In this document: positions 59,899-64,000 of the stretch, piece by piece
Layout: each line of letters opens with the position of its first letter
How positions within the stretch are numbered: the stretch's first letter is position 1
Assembly: GCA_045863335.1 (NCBI GenBank)
Contig: BTVY01000009.1
Span: 1 to 64,000, forward strand
DNA length: 64,000 nucleotides
Source of the DNA: Candidatus Hydrogenedentota bacterium
Lineage (GTDB): Bacteria > Hydrogenedentota > Hydrogenedentia > Hydrogenedentales > SLHB01
Direction of reading: 5' to 3'
Notes under the pieces: generated by a model
The model's database searches: none
The model's input: only the letters and a program-made list of their open reading frames with translations
Told to the model about the DNA's origin: nothing
Made by a program: the position numbers and the translations under genes

Positions 59899-61166
59899 AT
59901 GTGGTCGTCGTCGGACTGAGCCATCACTCAAGCCCGCTGGAACTTCGCGAACGGCTTCACTTTCCGGAGAAAGATCTGCCGAAGGCCTTGCTGGCGCTCC
60001 GCAAGCACCTGGATGACGCAGGCGTGGTAATCTTGAGTACGTGCAATCGCGTGGAGGTCTATGCCCACGCTGCGGATACCTCCGATGTGCCGGTGCGCAT
60101 ACGCCGGTTTCTCGCCGATTGGCATCAGGTTCCTGAGAGCGAGTTCCGGTCGAACCTTTACGAATACACCGGCCGCGAGGCGGCGGGCCATTTGTTCCGT
60201 GTCGCGTCGAGTCTGGACAGCCTCGTCGTCGGAGAAGGCCAGATACTCGGCCAGGTCCACGACGCCTTTCTCCTGGCGCAGGCCGAACAAGCGACCGACA
60301 AGGTCACGAGCGCCCTCTTTCAAAAGGCGTTCTCGGTCGCCAAAAACGTCCGGTCCAGCAGCAGTATCAGCGAAGGCAAGGTGTCCATTGGGAGCGTCGC
60401 GGTGGACCTGGCCGTATCCATCTTCATGGAACTCTCGGGCAAAACGGTTATGGTGGTCGGCTCTGGCAAGATGGGCGAGCTGACGCTGAAGAACCTCGTG
60501 TCCCGTGGAGTCGAAAAGGTATTGCTGGTCAATCGGAGCCATGAGAAAGCGGTCCGCCTCGCGGAGGCCGTGCGCGGGGAACCGATTCCCTTCGAGGCGT
60601 TTCAGGAGAACCTGCCTCGGGCGGATATTGTGATCGCATCAACCGCCGCGCCTTCCTATATCTTGGGTCCGGCGGAGTTCCAGGCGGCCTTGAAGAGGCG
60701 GACTCAGGCGCCCATGTTTGCCATCGACATTGCGGTACCGCGCAACATCGATCCCGCGGTCAAGAAACTGGACAACGTGTACTTGTACGACGTGGACGAT
60801 CTGCAGCAAGTTGCCAACGCGAACATGGAAGCGCGCCGCCAGGAAATCGACCGTTGCATGCAGATTGTTGATACCGGTGTCGAGCACTTCTGGGCATGGC
60901 TGCAAGGGTTGGTCGCGGAACCGACGATTGTATCCATGGCCGAGGAATTGAATGCCATCCGCGAGCGGGAATTGCAGAAGACGCTCGCCATGCTGCCCGA
61001 TCTAACGGATCGCCAGCAGGAAGAAATTGCGTACCTGACGAAGCGCATCGTGAACACGATTTTGCAGCGCCCCATGCGGCAGTTGAAGCGGGAAGTGGCC
61101 GAAGAGGATCCCCACAAAGTGCTGCACCTCGTAAAACGTCTGTTCGGATTGAAGGAGTTGCCGTGA
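59895..61166 (+). CDS. hemA: Glutamyl-tRNA reductase
   Basis: GLSH, LSTCNRVE, SSLDS.V.GE.QILGQ, GSGKMG, DIAVPRNI. Confidence 0.96.
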   Translation: MNVVVVGLSHHSSPLELRERLHFPEKDLPKALLALRKHLDDAGVVILSTCNRVEVYAHAADTSDVPVRIRRFLADWHQVPESEFRSNLYEYTGREAAGHLFRVASSLDSLVVGEGQILGQVHDAFLLAQAEQATDKVTSALFQKAFSVAKNVRSSSSISEGKVSIGSVAVDLAVSIFMELSGKTVMVVGSGKMGELTLKNLVSRGVEKVLLVNRSHEKAVRLAEAVRGEPIPFEAFQENLPRADIVIASTAAPSYILGPAEFQAALKRRTQAPMFAIDIAVPRNIDPAVKKLDNVYLYDVDDLQQVANANMEARRQEIDRCMQIVDTGVEHFWAWLQGLVAEPTIVSMAEELNAIRERELQKTLAMLPDLTDRQQEEIAYLTKRIVNTILQRPMRQLKREVAEEDPHKVLHLVKRLFGLKELP

Positions 61167-62083
61167 AGTCTTCGCTGGTCATAGGTTCGCGCGGGAGCCA
61201 ACTTGCCCTGGTGCAGTCGGAAGGCATGGCCGAAGCACTGCGCGAGGCCAACCCCGGTCTCGATGTCACCATCGAAATCATCCATACGAAAGGCGACAAG
61301 ATACTCGATGTGCCGCTTGCGAAGATCGGCGGTAAGGGACTGTTCACAAAGGAACTCGAAGTCGCCCTGATGGACGGACGCGTGGACCTTGCCGTGCACA
61401 GCCTCAAGGATTTGCCCACGGAATTCCCCGAGGGGCTCATGCTCGCCGCGGTTCCGGCGCGCGAGATTCCGTATGATGCTTTCGTCTGCGCGAAGTGGCA
61501 GCACCTGGACGATATGCCGGCTGGAGCGAAAGTAGGCACCTCAAGTTTGCGAAGGCAGGCGCAGGTGCTCGCGCGGCGTCCGGACCTGCGTGTGGTCGAT
61601 CTCCGAGGCAACGTTGAAACCCGCCTGCGCAAAGTTCAGGAAGGGGTGGTCGATGCGGCAATCCTGGCTTGCGCCGGACTCGAGCGCCTGGGGCTGTTCG
61701 ACGCCATCACCGCGCGGCTGGAAGAAGACGTCATGGTGTCCGCTCCGGCGCAGGGCGCGCTCGGTATCGAGATTCGGTCTGATGATGAGGAGACCGCGCG
61801 GATTCTCGAATCGGTCTCCGATCCCGTGGCGACCGTCGAGGTGACCGCGGAGCGATCCTGCCTTGCGGCGCTGGAGGGCGGGTGCCAGGTACCGATTGGC
61901 GCGCTGGCCCGGTTAAGCGGAACGACACTCCGGCTCACGGCCTGTGTGTGCAGCCTGGACGGTTCGACGGTGCTGCGCACGGAGTGCGAAGGCCACGCGA
62001 GCGAAGCCATCGACATGGGCAAACAGGCGGCGAAAAACCTGCTCGGTCAAGGGGCTTCGGAATTGATTGCGGCGACGCGATGA
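61163..62083 (+). CDS. hemC: Porphobilinogen deaminase
   Basis: GSRGSQLA, GGKGLFTKE, VHSLKD, GTSSLRR, RGNV.TR, GGCQVP. Confidence 0.96.
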   Translation: MKSSLVIGSRGSQLALVQSEGMAEALREANPGLDVTIEIIHTKGDKILDVPLAKIGGKGLFTKELEVALMDGRVDLAVHSLKDLPTEFPEGLMLAAVPAREIPYDAFVCAKWQHLDDMPAGAKVGTSSLRRQAQVLARRPDLRVVDLRGNVETRLRKVQEGVVDAAILACAGLERLGLFDAITARLEEDVMVSAPAQGALGIEIRSDDEETARILESVSDPVATVEVTAERSCLAALEGGCQVPIGALARLSGTTLRLTACVCSLDGSTVLRTECEGHASEAIDMGKQAAKNLLGQGASELIAATR

Positions 62084-63612
62084 ATCCTACACAGGGAAAA
62101 GTCTGGCTGGTGGGTGCAGGCCCTGGCGATCCCGGGCTGCTGACTTTACGCGGCAAGGAGTGTCTCGAACACGCCGATGTCGTCATCTACGATTCCCTGG
62201 CCAACGAGGCGCTGCTCGACTACGCTCCCACGGCCGAGCACATTTTTGCGGGCAAGGCGACCGACAAACACACGCTGCTGCAAGACGAAATCAATCGCGT
62301 GATGCGCGAACAAGCCTCGCAGGGCAAACGGGTCGTGCGCCTCAAAGGAGGGGATCCCTTTGTGTTTGGCCGCGGCGGCGAAGAAGCGCTGGCCCTGGCG
62401 GACGCGGGCATCGCGTTCGAAGTTGTGCCGGGTATTACCGCCGGAATTGCAGGTCCTGCCTACGCGGGCATCCCGGTAACCCACCGCGGGTTGGCCACGT
62501 GCTACACGCTGATTACCGGGCACGACGCCGAGGCTTTGGAAACGGACGACGAGGATCTTTCACAACTCCTCCTTCGCGGCACGCTGGTGTTTTACATGGG
62601 CGTACGAAATCTACCCCGTATCGCGGCGCAACTGGTCGCGCTGGGCCGTCCGCCCACGACCCCCGTTGCGATTGTCCAGTGGGGAACCGACCCCAAGCAG
62701 CGAACCGCGATTGGTACGTTGGCCGATATTGCCGGCCGTGCGCATGACGAGCGCATCCAGCCGCCCGCCATCATTGTCGTTGGGGAGGTCGTATCGCTTC
62801 ACGATGCCCTGTCCTGGTTTGAAAGCCGTCCGCTTTTCGGTAAGCGCATCGTGGTGACTCGGGCGCGCAGCCAGGCAAGCGATCTGGTGCGGCACCTGCA
62901 AGAATTGGGGGCTGATGTATTTGAATTCCCGACCATTGCCATTGAACCCCCAGAAAATCCGGAGCCTTTCGATCCGGTCAACACCTACGACTGGATCGTG
63001 CTGACCAGTGTAAATGCCGTGGAGATGCTGTTCGAGCGGATGGATAATCTAGGTCAGGACGCGCGGGATCTCGCAGGCGTGCGGCTATGCGTCATCGGAT
63101 CGGCAACGTCCGAGGCGGTCAGGCGCCGCTTCCTGCGCGTCGATCTCATGCCGGAAAAGTACGTTGCCGAGTATTTGATGTCCGCGTTGCTCGCGCAGGA
63201 GCCGGACCTGGCGGGGAAACGCTTTCTATTGCCGCGCGCGGACATTGCCCGCAGCTTTCTGCCGGAGGAACTTCGCAAGCATGGCGCAGACGTGACGGAA
63301 GTGGTCGCGTATCGCACGGTCGTTCCGCGAACTCCGGATTCGCTGGCGGAACGCCTGGCGACATACCGGCCCGATTTGGTTACGTTTACCAGTTCCTCGA
63401 CGGCGCGGAACTTCCACGAGATGCTGGGCGCGGAACGGATCGCGCGATTGAAACAAACCGCGAAGTTCGGCGCCATTGGACCGATTACGGCAAAGACCGC
63501 GGGGTCGCTGGGGATGCCCGTGACGATTGAACCGGACACCCACGATATTCCGAACTTCGTTCGTGCTATTGTTGACGGGCTGGGCCGCGAGGCAACCGAA
63601 GCAGGCAGATGA
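62080..63612 (+). CDS. cobA: Uroporphyrinogen-III C-methyltransferase / uroporphyrinogen-III synthase fusion (CobA/HemD)
   Basis: LVGAGPGD, RLKGGDPFVFGRGGEE, then VTRA, TSVN.V, FTSSST, IGPIT. Confidence 0.95.
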   Translation: MNPTQGKVWLVGAGPGDPGLLTLRGKECLEHADVVIYDSLANEALLDYAPTAEHIFAGKATDKHTLLQDEINRVMREQASQGKRVVRLKGGDPFVFGRGGEEALALADAGIAFEVVPGITAGIAGPAYAGIPVTHRGLATCYTLITGHDAEALETDDEDLSQLLLRGTLVFYMGVRNLPRIAAQLVALGRPPTTPVAIVQWGTDPKQRTAIGTLADIAGRAHDERIQPPAIIVVGEVVSLHDALSWFESRPLFGKRIVVTRARSQASDLVRHLQELGADVFEFPTIAIEPPENPEPFDPVNTYDWIVLTSVNAVEMLFERMDNLGQDARDLAGVRLCVIGSATSEAVRRRFLRVDLMPEKYVAEYLMSALLAQEPDLAGKRFLLPRADIARSFLPEELRKHGADVTEVVAYRTVVPRTPDSLAERLATYRPDLVTFTSSSTARNFHEMLGAERIARLKQTAKFGAIGPITAKTAGSLGMPVTIEPDTHDIPNFVRAIVDGLGREATEAGR

Positions 63613-63628
63613 CAAGAGGAGTTCCCTG

Positions 63629-64000
63629 GTGAGTTTTCCGATCGTTCGCATGCGAAGATTGCGCCGTTCCGCCACGTTGCGGCGCATGGTGCGTGAAACT
63701 CGGTTGTCCGCGGACAACCTGATCATGCCACTGTTCGTACGGCCCGGCTCCGGTGTCAAGAACGAGATCAAATCGATGCCGGGAAACTATCAGTTTTCGG
63801 TCGACACGCTTGTCGACGAGGCGAAGTCCATCGAACAGGCAGGCGTACCCGCGGTGATTCTCTTCGGCATTCCGGAATCGAAGGACGCCCACGGCTCGGA
63901 AGCGTATAGCGAAGACGCCGTCGTGTGCCGGGCGATCGAGAACATCAAAACGGCGTGTCCGGACCTGTGTGTCATCACCGACGTGTGCCTCTGCGAATAC
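63629..64000 (+). CDS. hemB: Porphobilinogen synthase, 5' part; runs off the window
   Basis: GTG at 63629 after GAGGAG: MSFPIVRMRRLR...ETRL..LI.PLFV...SMPG...LFGIP..KD...TDVCLCEY; absent from the ORF track because it has no stop in the window. Confidence 0.93.
   Translation, partial: MSFPIVRMRRLRRSATLRRMVRETRLSADNLIMPLFVRPGSGVKNEIKSMPGNYQFSVDTLVDEAKSIEQAGVPAVILFGIPESKDAHGSEAYSEDAVVCRAIENIKTACPDLCVITDVCLCEY

Overview
Gene-dense, GC-rich bacterial chromosomal window. The lineage is plausibly Candidatus Hydrogenedentes or a PVC-like diderm, inferred only from H-X9-DG, TMTC-like and cohesin/C-terminal-anchor proteins. It begins with the last 55 bp of what I recognise as IS6100, abutting an N-terminally truncated KAP-family NTPase gene. 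Housekeeping blocks: aceE-aceF-lpdA, purE, hisS-nadC-birA-coaX-lptC-lptA-like-lptB, fliQ-fliR-flhB-flhA-flhF-flhG, and ccsA/hemX-hemA-hemC-cobA/hemD-hemB (partial). Accessory content: a GT2 + TMTC-like TPR glycosyltransferase pair; two tandem secreted paralogs with a cryptic NlpC/P60-like Cys-His motif set; an ECF sigma/anti-sigma operon coupled to two proteins built from stand-alone secretin-like domains; a PTS EIIA-C4 zinc-ribbon fusion with a cNMP-binding partner; polysaccharide lyase-like genes; and a 1600-aa DUF4011-helicase-Vsr-DUF3320 (Hhe-type) defence gene. Several intergenic REP/MITE/short tandem repeats are present. No rRNA, tRNA or CRISPR array was seen. The best candidates for an undescribed system are the ECF/anti-sigma/mini-secretin operon, the NlpC/P60-like paralog pair beside the GT2-TMTC genes, and a triple-repeat LptA with a lipoprotein LptC. 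All family calls come from motif reading by eye; no searches were run.
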